From Eledone cirrhosa (Eukaryota), in contig OZ024741.1 in assembly GCA_964016885.1 (NCBI GenBank), forward strand, positions 255,192,001-255,256,000: a DNA stretch of 64,000 nt. The letters run 5' to 3'. The translations under genes and the position numbers were made by a program. The notes under the pieces were generated by a model, which saw only the letters and a list, made by a program, of their open reading frames with translations, had not been told where the DNA came from and did no database searches. Positions 26,301-38,100 of the stretch are shown here, one piece after another. Positions within the stretch are counted from its first letter, which is position 1, and each line of letters starts with the position of its first letter.

Positions 26301-29160
26301 AGTGCCAGTGTTGTTGTTGCTGTTATCTCTGTCAGTGCCAGTGTTGTTGTTGCTGTTTTCTGTGTCAGTGCCATTGTTATTGATGTTGTTGCTGTTTTCT
26401 CTGTCAGTGCCAGTGTTGTTGTTGCTGTTGTTGCTGTTGCTGTTTTCTCTGTCAGTGCCAGTGTTGTTGTAGTTGTTGCTGTTTTCTCTGTCAGTGCCAG
26501 TGTTGTAGTTGTTGCTGTTTTCTGTGTCAGTGCCAGTGTTGTTGCTGTTGCTGTTTTCTCTGTCAGTGCCAGTGTTGTTGTAGTTGTTGTTGCTGTTTTC
26601 TCTCTCAGTGCCAGTGTTGTTGTAGTTGTTGCTGTTTTCTGTGTCAGTGCCGGTGTTGTTGTTGTTGCTGTTTTCTCTGTCAATGCCAGTGTTGTTGTTG
26701 TTGCTGTTTTCTCTGTCAGTGCCAGTGTTGTTGTTGTTGCTGTTTTCTGTGTCAGTGCCAGTGTTGTTGTTGTTGCTGTTTTCTGTGTCAGTGCCAGTGT
26801 TGTTGTAGTTGTTGCTGTTTTCTGTGCCAGTGCCAGTGTTGTTGTAGTTGTTGCTGTTTTCTGTGTCAGTGCCAGTGTTGTTGTAGTTGTTGCTGTTTTC
26901 TCTGTCAGTGCCAGTGTTGTTGTAGTTGTTGCTGTTTTCTGTGTCAGTGCCAGTGTTGTTGTTGTTGCTGTTTTCTCTGTCAGTGCCAGTGTTGTTGTTG
27001 CTGTTTTCTGTGCCAGTGTTGTTGTAGTTGTTGCTGTTTTCTGTGTCAGTGCCGGTGTTGTTGTTGTTGCTGTTTTCTCTGTCAGCGCCAGTGTTGTTGT
27101 TGTTGCTGTTTTCTCTGTCAGTGCCAGTGTTGTTGTTGTTGCTGTTTTCTGTGTCAGTGCCAGTGTTGTTGTAGTTGTTGCTGTTTTCTGTGTCAGTGCC
27201 AGTGTTGTTGTAGTTGTTGCTGTTTTCTCTGTCAGTGCCAGTGTTGTTGTAGTTGTTGCTGTTTTCTCTGTCAGTGCCAGTGTTGTTGTAGTTGTTGATG
27301 TTTTCTGTGTCAATGCCAGTGTTGTTGTTGTTGCTGTTTTCTCTGTCAGTGCCAGTGTTGTAGTTGTTGCTGTTTTCTCTGTCAGTGCCAGTGTTGTTGT
27401 AGTTGTTGCTGTTTTCTGTGTCAGTGCCAGTGTTGTTGCTGTTGTTGCTGTTTTCTGTGTCAGTGCCAGTGTTGTTGTTGTTGCTGTTTTCTCTGTCAGT
27501 GCCAGTGTTTTTGTTGTTGCTGTTTTCTGTGTCAGTGCCAGTGTTGTTATAGTTGTTGCTGTTTTCTCTGTCAGTGCCAGTGTTGTTGTAGTTGTTGCTG
27601 TTTTCTCTGTCAGTGCCAGTGTTTTTGTAGTTGTTGCTGTTTTCTGTGTCAGTGCCAGTGTTGTTGTTGTTGCTGTTTTCTCTGTCAGTGCCAGTGTTGT
27701 TGTTGCTGTTTTCTCTGTCAGTGCCAATGTTGTTGTAGTTATTGCTGTTTTCTGTGTCAGTGCCACTGTTGTTGTTGCTGTTTTCTGTGTCGGTGCCAGT
27801 GTTGTTGTTGTTGTTGCTGTTTTCTCTGTCAGTGCCAGTGTTGTTGTTGCTGTTTTCTCTGTCAGTGCCAATGTTGTTGTAGTTGTTGCTGTTTTCTGTG
27901 TCAGTGCCAGTGTTGTTGTTGTTGCTGTTTTCTCTGTCAGTGCCAGTGATGTTGTAGTTGTTGCTGTTTTCTGTGTTAGTGCCAGTGTTGTTGTAGTTGT
28001 TGCTGTTTTCTGTGTCAGTGCCAGTGTTGTTGCTGTTGCTGTTTTCTCTGTCAGTGCCAGTGTTGTTGTAGTTGTTGCTGCTTTCTCTGTCAGTGCCAGT
28101 GTTGTTGTAGTTGTTGCTGTTTTCTGTGACAGTGCGAGTGTTGTTGTTGTTGCTGTTTTCTCTGTCAGTGCCAGTGTTGTTGTAGTTGTTGCTGTTTTCT
28201 GTGTCAGTGCCACTGTTGTTGATGCTGTTTTCTCTGTCAGTGCCAGTGTTGTTGTAGTTTTTGCTGTTTTCTGTGCAGTGCCAGTGTTGTTGTTGTTGCT
28301 GTTTTCTCTGTCAGTGCCAGTGTTGTTGCTGTTGCTATTTTCACTGTCAGTGCCAGTGTTGTTGTTGTTGCCGTTTTCTGTGTCAGTGTCAGTGTTGTTG
28401 TTGTTGCTGTTTTCTTTGTCAGTGCCAGTGTTGTTGTTGTTACTGTTGCTGTTTTCTGTGTCAGTTCCAGTGTTGCTGTTGCTGTTTTCTGTGCCAGTGC
28501 CAGTGTTATTGTTGTTGTTGTTGCTGTTTTCTGTGTCAGTGCCACGGTTGTTGTTGCTGTTGTTGCTGTTTTCTGTGTCAGTGCCAGTGTTGTTGTTGCT
28601 GTTTTCTGTGTCAGTGCCAGTGTTGTTGTTGCTGTTGTTGCTGTTTTCTGTGCCAGTGTTGTTGTAGTTGTTGCTGTTTTCTGTGTCAGTGCCGGTGTTG
28701 TTGTTGTTGCTATTTTCTCTGTCAGTGCCAGTGTTGTTGTTGTTGCTGTTTTCTGTGTCATTGCCAGTGTTTTCTCTGTCAGTGCCAGTGTTGTAGTTGT
28801 TGCTGTTTTCTCTGTCAGTGCCAGTGTTGTTGTAGTTGTTGCTGTTTTCTGTGTCAGTGCCAGTGTTGTTGCTGTTGTTGCTGTTTTCTGTGTCAGTGCC
28901 AGTGTTGTTGTTGTTGCTGTTTTCTCTGTCAGTGCCAGTGTTTTTGTTGTTGCTGTTTTCTGTGTCAGTGCCAGTGTTGTTCTAGTTGTTGCTGTTTTCT
29001 GTGTCAGTGCCAGTGTTGTTATAGTTGTTGCTGTTTTCTCTGTCAGTGCCAGTGTTGTTGTAGTTGTTGCTGTTTTCTCTGTCAGTGCCAGTGTTTTTGT
29101 AGTTGTTGCTGTTTTCTGTGTCAGTGCCAGTGTTGTTGTTGTTGCTGTTTTCTCTGTCAG
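21350..29160. repeat. 4621-bp-offset duplication (~21350-24540 vs ~25970-29160) with a nested 1736-bp-offset duplication (~22800-23940 vs ~24540-25680)
   Basis: Markers at 21594/26215, 22005/26626 and 23640/28261 are all 4621 apart; 23640/25376 are 1736 apart. The TGTGACAGTGCGAGT variant and the -1 deletion TGTGCAG occur in all three copies. Confidence 0.88.
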
Positions 29161-32100
29161 TGCCAGTGTTGTTGTTGCTGTTTTCTCTGTCAGTGCCAAT
29201 GTTGTTGTAGTTATTGCTGTTTTCTGTGTCAGTGCCACTGTTGTTGTTGCTGTTTTCTGTGTCGGTGCCAGTGTTGTTGTTGTTGCTGTTTTCTCTGTCA
29301 GTGCCAGTGTTGTTGTTGCTGTTTTCTCTGTCAGTGCCAATGTTGTTGTAGTTGTTGCTGTTTTCTGTGTCAGTGCCAGTGTTGTTTTTGTTGCTGTTTT
29401 CTCTGTCAGTGCCAGTGATGTTGTAGTTGTTGCTGTTTTCTGTGTTAGTGCCAGTGTTGTTGTAGTTGTTGCTGTTTTCTGTGTCAGTGCCAGTGTTGTT
29501 GCTGTTGCTGTTTTCTCTGTCAGTGCCAGTGTTGTTGTAGTTGTTGCTGCTTTCTCTGTCAGTGCCAGTGTTGTTGTAGTTGTTGCTGTTTTCTGTGTCA
29601 GTGCCAGTGTTGTTGTTGTTGCTGTTTTCTCTGTCAGTGCCAGTGTTGTTGTTGTTGCTGTTTTCTCTGTCAGTGCCAGTGTTGTTGTAGTTTTTGCTGT
29701 TTTCTCTGTCAGTGCCAGTGTTGTTGTAGTTGTTGCTGTTTTCTCTGTCAGTGCCAGTGTTGTTGTTGTTGTTGCTGTTTTCTCTGTCAGTGCCAGTGTT
29801 GTAGTTGTTGCTGTTTTCTCTGTCAGTGCCAGTGTTGTTGTAGTTGTTGCTGTTTTCTGTGTCAGTGCCAGTGTTGTTGTTGTTGCTATTTTCACTGTCA
29901 GTGCCAGTGTTGTTGCTGTTGCTGTTTTCTCTGTCAGTGCCAGTGATGTTGTAGTTGTTGCTGTTTTCTGTGTTAGTGCCAGTGTTGTTGTAGTTGTTGC
30001 TGTTTTCTGTGTCAGTGCCAGTGTTGTTGCTGTTGCTGTTTTCTCTGTCAGTGCCAGTGTTGTTGTAGTTGTTGCTGCTTTCTCTGTCAGTGCCAGTGTT
30101 GTTGTAGTTGTTTCTGTTTTCTGTGTCAGTGCCAGTGTTGTTGTTGTTGCTGTTTTCTCTGTCAGTGCCAGTGTTGTTGTAGTTGTTGCTGTTTTCTGTG
30201 TCAGTGCCACTGTTGTTGTTGCTGTTTTCTGTGTCTGTGCAAGTGTTGTTGTTGTTGCTGTTTTCTCTGTCAGTGCCAGTGTTGTTGTTGCTGTTTTCTC
30301 TGTCAGTGCCAGTGTTGTTGTTGTTGCTGTTTTCTGTGTCAGTGCCAGTGTTGTTGTAGTTGTTGCTGTTTTCTGTGTCAGTGCCAGTGTTGTTGTAGTT
30401 GTTGCTGTTTTCTCTGTCAGTGCCAGTGTTGTTGTAGTTGTTGCTGTTTTCTCTGTCAGTGCCATTGTTGTTGTAGTTGTTGCTGTTTTCTGTGTCAGTG
30501 TCAGTGTTTTTGTTGTTGCTGTTTTCTCTGTCAGTGCCAGTGTTGTTGTTGTTGCTGTTTTCTGTGTCAGTGCCAGTGTTGTTGTTGCTATTTTCACTGT
30601 CAGTGCCAGTGTTGTTGTAGTTGTTGCTGTTTTCTGTGTCAGTGCCAGTGTTGTTGTTGTTGCTGTTTTCTCTGTCAGTGCCAGTGTTGTTGTAGTTGTT
30701 GCTGTTTTCTCTGTCAGTGCCAGTGTTGTTGTAGTTGTTGCTGTTTTTTGTGTCAGTGCCAGTGTTGTAGTTGTTGCTGTTTTCTCTGTCAGTGCCAGTG
30801 TTGTTGTTGTTGTTGCTGTTTTCTCTGTCAGTGCCAGTGTTGTAGTTGTTGCTGTTTTCTCTGTCAGTGCCAGTGTTGTTGTAGTTGTTGCTGTTTTCTG
30901 TGTCAGTGCAAGTGTTGTTGTTGTTGCTGTTTTCTGTGTCAGTGCCAGTGTTGTTGTTGTTGCTATTTTCACTGTCAGTGCCAGTGTTGTTGCTGTTGCT
31001 GTTTTCTCTGTCAGTGCCAGTGATGTTGTAGTTGTTGCTGTTTTCTGTGTTAGTGCCAGTGTTGTTGTAGTTGTTGCTGTTTTCTGTGTCAGTGCCAGTG
31101 TTGTTGCTGTTGCTGTTTTCTCTGTCAGTGCCAGTGTTGTTGTAGTTGTTGCTGCTTTCTCTGTCAGTGCCAGTGTTGTTGTAGTTGTTGCTGTTTTCTG
31201 TGACAGTGCCAGTGTTGTTGTTGTTGCTGTTTTCTCTGTCAGTGCCAGTGTTGTTGTAGTTGTTGCTGTTTTCTGTGTCAGTGCCACTGTTGTTGATGCT
31301 GTTTTCTCTGTCAGTGCCAGTGTTGTTGTAGTTTTTGCTGTTTTCTGTGTCAGTGCCAGGGTTGTTGTTGTTGCTGTTTTCTCTGTCAGTGCCAGTGTTG
31401 TTGCTGTTGCTATTTTCACTGTCAGTGCCAGTGTTGTTGTTGTTGCCGTTTTCTGTGTCAGTGTCAGTGTTGTTGTTGTTGCTGTTTTCTTTGTCAGTGC
31501 CAGTGTTGTTGTTGTTACTGTTGCTGTTTTCTGTGTCAGTTCCAGTGTTGCTGTTGCTGTTTTCTGTGCCAGTGCCAGTGTTATTGTTGCTGTTGTTGCT
31601 GTTTTCTGTGTCAGTGCCACGGTTGTTGTTGCTGTTGTTGCTGTTTTCTGTGTCAGTGCCAGTGTTGTTGTTGCTGTTTTCTGTGTCAGTGCCAGTGTTG
31701 TTGTTGCTGTTGTTGCTGTTTTCTGTGCCAGTGTTGTTGTAGTTGTTGCTGTTTTCTGTGTCAGTGCCGGTGTTGTTGTTGTTGCTGTTTTCTCTGTCAG
31801 TGCCAGTGTTGTTGTTGTTGCTGTTTTCTCTGTCAGTGACAGTGTTGTTGTTGTTGCTGTTTTCTGTGTCATTGCCAGTGTTGTTGTAGTTGTTGCTGTT
31901 TTTTGTGTCAGTGCCAGTGTTGTTGTAGTTGTTGCTGTTTTCTGTGTCAGTGCCAGTGTTGTTGTAGTTGTTGCTGTTTTCTCTGTCATTGCCAGTGTTG
32001 TTGTAGTTGTTGCTGTTTTCTCTGTCAGTGCCAGTGTTGTTGTAGTTGTTGATGTTTTCTGTGTCAATGCCAGTGTTGTTGTTGTTGCTGTTTTCTCTGT

Positions 32101-35100
32101 CAGTGCCAGTGTTGTAGTTGTTGCTGTTTTCTCTGTCAGTGCCAGTGTTGTTGTAGTTGTTGCTGTTTTCTGTGTCAGTGCCAGTGTTGTTGCTGTTGTT
32201 GCTGTTTTCTGTGTCAGTGCCAGTGTTGTTGTTGTTGCTGTTTTCTCTGTCAGTGCCAGTGTTGTTGTAGTTATTGCTGTTTTCTGTGTCAGTGCCACTG
32301 TTGTTGTTGCTGTTTTCTGTGTCGGTGACAGTGTTGTTGTTGTTGCTGTTTTCTCTGTCAGTGCCAGTGTTGTTGTTGCTGTTATCTCTGTCAGTGCCAG
32401 TGTTGTTGTTGCTGTTTTCTGTGTCAGTGCCATTGTTATTGATGTTGTTGCTGTTTTCTCTGTCAGTGCCAGTGTTGTTGTTGCTGTTGTTGCTGTTGCT
32501 GTTTTCTCTGTCAGTGCCAGTGTTGTTGTAGTTGTTGCTGTTTTCTCTGTCAGTGCCAGTGTTGTAGTTGTTGCTGTTTTCTGTGTCAGTGCCAGTGTTG
32601 TTGCTGTTGCTGTTTTCTCTGTCAGTGCCAGTGTTGTTGTAGTTGTTGCTGTTTTCTCTGTCAGTGCCAGTGTTGTTGTAGTTGTTGCTGTTTTCTGTGT
32701 CAGTGCCGGTGTTGTTGTTGTTGCTGTTTTCTCTGTCAATGCCAGTGTTGTTGTTGTTGCTGTTTTCTCTGTCAGTGCCAGTGTTGTTGTTGTTGCTGTT
32801 TTCTGTGTCAGTGCCAGTGTTGTTGTTGCTGTTTTCTGTGTCAGTGCCAGTGTTGTTGTAGTTGTTGCTGTTTTCTGTGCCAGTGCCAGTGTTGTTGTAG
32901 TTGTTGCTGTTTTCTGTGTCAGTGCCAGTGTTGTTGTAGTTGTTGCTGTTTTCTCTGTGAGTGCCAGTGTTGTTGTAGTTGTTGCTGTTTTCTCTATCAG
33001 TGCCAGTGTTGTTGTAGTTGTTGCTGTTTTCTGTGTCAGTGCCAGTGTTGTTGTTGTTGCTGTTTTCTCTGTCAGTGCCAGTGTTGTTGTAGTTGTTGCT
33101 GTTTTCTGTGTCAGTGCCAGTGTTGTTGTTGCTGTTTTCTCTGTCAGTGCCAGTGTTGTTGTAGTTGTTGCTGTTTTCTCTGTCAGTGCCAGTTTTGTTG
33201 TAGTTGTTGCTGATTTCTGTGTCAGTGCCAGTGTTGTTGTAGTTGTTGCTGTTTTCTTTGTCAGTGCCAGTGTTGTTGTTGTTGCTGTTTTCTCTGTCAG
33301 TGCCAGTATTGTAGTTGTTGCTGTTTTCTCTGTCAGTGCCAGTGTTGTTGTTCTTGTTGCTGTTTTCTCTGTCAGTGCCAGTGTTGTTGTTGTTGCTATT
33401 TTCACTGTCAGTGCCAGTGTTGTTGTTGTTGCTATTTTCACTGTCAGTGCCAGTGTTGTTGTTGTTACTGTTGCTGTTTTCTGTGTCAGTGCCAGTGTTG
33501 TTGTTGTTACTGTTGCTGTTTTCTGTGCCAGTGCCAGTGTTATTGTTGCTGTTGTTGCTGTTTTGTCTGTCAGTGCCAGTGTTGTAGTTGTTGCTGTTTT
33601 CTCTGTCAGTGCCAGTGTTGTTGTAGTTGTTGCTGTTTTCTGTGTCAGTGCCAGTGTTGTTGTTGTTGCTGTTTTCTCTGTCAGTGCCAGTGTTGTTGTA
33701 GTTGTTGCTGTTTTCTCTGTCAGTGACAGTGTTGTTTTAGTTGTTGCTGTTTTCTGTGTCAGTGCCAGTGTTGTTGTAGTTGTTGCTGTTTTTTCTGTCA
33801 GTGCCAGTGTTGTTGTTGTTGTTGCTGTTTTCTCTGTCAGTGCCAGTGTTGTAGTTGTTGCTGTTTTCTCTGTCATTGCCAGTGTTGTTGTAGTTGTTGC
33901 TGTTTTCTGTGTCAGTGCCAGTGTTGTTGCTGTTGCTGTTTTCTCTGTCAGTGCCAGTGTTGTTGTAGTTGTAGCTGCTTTCTCTGTCAGTGCCAGTCTT
34001 GTTGTAGTTGTTGCTGTTTTCTGTGTCAGTGCCAGTGTTGTTGTTGTTGCTGTTTTCTCTGTCAATGCCAGTGTTGTTGTAGTTGTTGCTGTTTTCTGTG
34101 TCAGTGCCACTGTTGTTGTTGCTGTTTTCTGTGTCAGTGCCAGTGTTGTTGTTGTTGCTGTTTTCTCTGTCAGTGCCAGTGTTGTTGTTGCTGTTTTCTC
34201 TGTCAGTGCCAGTGTTGTTGTTGTTGCTGTTTTCTGTGTCAGCGCCAGTGTTGTTGTAGTTGTTGCTGTTTTCTGTGCCAGTGCCAGTGTTGTTGTAGTT
34301 GTTGCTGTTTTCTGTGTCACTGCCAGTGTTGTTGTAGTTGTTGCTGTTTTCTCTGTGAGTGCCAGTGTTGTTGTAGTTGTTGCTGTTTTCTCTGTCAGTG
34401 CCAGTGTTGTTGTAGTTGCTGTTTTCTGTGTCAGTGCCAGTGTTGTTGTTGTTGCTGTTTTCTCTGTCAGTGCCAGTGTTGTTGTAGTTGTTGCTGTTTT
34501 TTGTGCCAGTGCCAGTGTTATTGTTGCTGTTGTTGCAGTTTTGTCTGTCAGTGCCAGTGTTGTAGTTGTTGCTGTTTTCTCTGTCAGTGCCAGTGTTGTT
34601 GTAGTTGTTGCTGTTTTCTCTGTCAGTGCCAGTGTTGTTGTAGTTGTTGCTGTTTTCTGTGTCAATGCCAGTGTTGTTGTTGTTGCTGTTTTCTCTGTCA
34701 GTGCCAGTGTTGTTGTTGTTGCTGTTTTCTCTGTCAGTGCCAGTGTTCTTGTTGTTGCTGTTTTCTCTGTCAGTGCCAGTGTTGTTGTAGTTGTTGCTGT
34801 TTTCTGTGTCAGTGCCAGTGTTGTTGTAGTTGTTGCTGTTTTCTCTGTCAGTGCCAGTGTTGTTGTAGTTGTTGCTGTTTTCTCTGTCAGTGCCAGTGTT
34901 GTTGTAGTTGTTGCTGTTTTCTGTGCCAGTGCCAGTGTTGTTGTTGTTGCTGTTTTCTCTGTCAATGCCAGTGTTGTTGTTGTTGTTGCTGTTTTCTGTG
35001 TCAGTGCCACTGTTGTTGTTGCTGTTTTCTGTGTCAGTGCCAGTGTTGTTGTTGTTGCTGTTTTCTCTGTCAGTGCCAGTGTTGTTGTTGCTGTTTTCTC

Positions 35101-38100
35101 TGTCAGTGCCAGTGTTGTTGTTGTTGCTGTTTTCTGTGTCAGCGCCAGTGTTGTTGTAGTTGTTGCTGTTTTCTGTGCCAGTGCCAGTGTTGTTGTAGTT
35201 GTTGCTGTTTTCTGTGTCACTGCCAGTGTTGTTGTAGTTGTTGCTGTTTTCTCTGTGAGTGCCAGTGTTGTTGTAGTTGTTGCTGTTTTCTCTGTCAGTG
35301 CCAGTGTTGTTGTAGTTGCTGTTTTCTGTGTCAGTGCCAGTGTTGTTGTTGTTGCTGTTTTCTCTGTCAGTGCCAGTGTTGTTGTAGTTGTTGCTGTTTT
35401 TTGTGCCAGTGCCAGTGTTATTGTTGCTGTTGTTGCAGTTTTGTCTGTCAGTGCCAGTGTTGTTGTTGTTGCTGTTTTCTGTGTCAGTGCCAGTGTTGTT
35501 GTTGCTGTTTTCTGTGTCAGTGCCAGTGTTGTTGTAGTTGTTGCTGTTTTCTGTGCCAGTGCCAGTGTTGTTGTAGTTGTTGCTGTTTTCTGTGTCAGTG
35601 CCAGTGTTGTTGTAGTTGTTGCTGTTTTCTCTGTGAGTGCCAGTGTTGTTGTAGTTGTTGCTGTTTTCTCTGTCAGTGCCAGTGTTGTTGTAGTTGTTGC
35701 TGTTTTCTGTGTCAGTGCCAGTGTTGTTGTTGTTGCTGTTTTCTCTGTCAGTGCCAGTGTTGTTGTAGTTGTTGCTGTTTTCTGTGTCAGTGCCAGTGTT
35801 GTTGTTGCTGTTTTCTCTGTCAGTGCCAGTGTTGTTGTAGTTGTTGCTGTTTTCTCTGTCAGTGCCAGTTTTGTTGTAGTTGTTGCTGATTTCTGTGTCA
35901 GTGCCAGTGTTGTTGTAGTTGTTGCTGTTTTCTTTGTCAGTGCCAGTGTTGTTGTTGTTGCTGTTTTCTCTGTCAGTGCCAGTATTGTAGTTGTTGCTGT
36001 TTTCTCTGTCAGTGCCAGTGTTGTTGTTCTTGTTGCTGTTTTCTCTGTCAGTGCCAGTGTTGTTGTTGTTGCTATTTTCACTGTCAGTGCCAGTGTTGTT
36101 GTTGTTGCTATTTTCACTGTCAGTGCCAGTGTTGTTGTTGTTACTGTTGCTGTTTTCTGTGTCAGTGCCAGTGTTGTTGTTGTTACTGTTGCTGTTTTCT
36201 GTGCCAGTGCCAGTGTTATTGTTGCTGTTGTTGCTGTTTTGTCTGTCAGTGCCAGTGTTGTAGTTGTTGCTGTTTTCTCTGTCAGTGCCAGTGTTGTTGT
36301 AGTTGTTGCTGTTTTCTGTGTCAGTGCCAGTGTTGTTGTTGTTACTGTTTTCTCTGTCAGTGCCAGTGTTGTTGTAGTTGTTGCTGTTTTCTCTGTCAGT
36401 GACAGTGTTGTTTTAGTTGTTGCTGTTTTCTGTGTCAGTGCCAGTGTTGTTGTAGTTGTTGCTGTTTTTTCTGTCAGTGCCAGTGTTGTTGTTGTTCTTG
36501 CTGTTTTCTCTGTCAGTGCCAGTGTTGTAGTTGTTGCTGTTTTCTCTGTCATTGCCAGTGTTGTTGTAGTTGTTGCTGTTTTCTGTGTCAGTGCCAGTGT
36601 TGTTGCTGTTGCTGTTTTCTCTGTCAGTGCCAGTGTTGTTGTAGTTGTTGCTGCTTTCTCTGTCAGTGCCAGTCTTGTTGTAGTTGTTGCTGTTTTCTGT
36701 GTCAGTGCCAGTGTTGTTGTTGTTGCTGTTTTCTCTGTCAATGCCAGTGTTGTTGTAGTTGTTGCTGTTTTCTGTGTCAGTGCCACTGTTGTTGTTGCTG
36801 TTTTCTGTGTCAGTGCCAGTGTTGTTGTTGTTGCTGTTTTCTCTGTCAGTGCCAGTGTTGTTGTTGCTGTTTTCTCTGTCAGTGCCAGTGTTGTTGTTGT
36901 TGCTGTTTTCTGTGTCAGCGCCAGTGTTGTTGTAGTTGTTGCTGTTTTCTGTGCCAGTGCCAGTGTTGTTGTAGTTGTTGCTGTTTTCTGTGTCACTGCC
37001 AGTGTTGTTGTAGTTGTTGCTGTTTTCTCTGTGAGTGCCAGTGTTGTTGTAGTTGTTGCTGTTTTCTCTGTCAGTGCCAGTGTTGTTGTAGTTGCTGTTT
37101 TCTGTGTCAGTGCCAGTGTTGTTGTTGTTGCTGTTTTCTCTGTCAGTGCCAGTGTTGTTGTAGTTGTTGCTGTTTTTTGTGCCAGTGCCAGTGTTATTGT
37201 TGCTGTTGTTGCAGTTTTGTCTGTCAGTGCCAGTGTTGTAGTTGTTGCTGTTTTCTCTGTCAGTGCCAGTGTTGTTGTAGTTGTTGCTGTTTTCTCTGTC
37301 AGTGCCAGTGTTGTTGTAGTTGTTGCTGTTTTCTGTGTCAATGCCAGTGTTGTTGTTGTTGCTGTTTTCTCTGTCAGTGCCAGTGTTGTTGTTGTTGCTG
37401 TTTTCTCTGTCAGTGCCAGTGTTCTTGTTGTTGCTGTTTTCTCTGTCAGTGCCAGTGTTGTTGTAGTTGTTGCTGTTTTCTGTGTCAGTGCCAGTGTTGT
37501 TGTAGTTGTTGCTGTTTTCTCTGTCAGTGCCAGTGTTGTTGTAGTTGTTGCTGTTTTCTCTGTCAGTGCCAGTGTTGTTGTAGTTGTTGCTGTTTTCTGT
37601 GTCAGTGCCAGTGTTGTTGTTGTTGCTGTTTTCTCTGTCAATGCCAGTGTTGTTGTAGTTGTTGCTGTTTTCTGTGTCAGTGCCACTGTTGTTGTTGCTG
37701 TTTTCTGTGTCAGTGCCAGTGTTGTTGTTGTTGCTGTTTTCTCTGTCAGTGCCAGTGTTGTTGTTGCTGCTTTCTCTGTCAGTGCCAGTCTTGTTGTAGT
37801 TGTTGCTGTTTTCTGTGTCAGTGCCAGTGTTGTTGTTGTTGCTGTTTTCTCTGTCAATGCCAGTGTTGTTGTAGTTGTTGCTGTTTTCTGTGTCAGTGCC
37901 ACTGTTGTTGTTGCTGTTTTCTGTGTCAGTGCCAGTGTTGTTGTTGTTGCTGTTTTCTCTGTCAGTGCCAGTGTTGTTGTTGCTGTTTTCTCTGTCAGTG
38001 CCAGTGTTGTTGTTGTTGCTGTTTTCTGTGTCAGCGCCAGTGTTGTTGTAGTTGTTGCTGTTTTCTGTGCCAGTGCCAGTGTTGTTGTAGTTGTTGCTGT

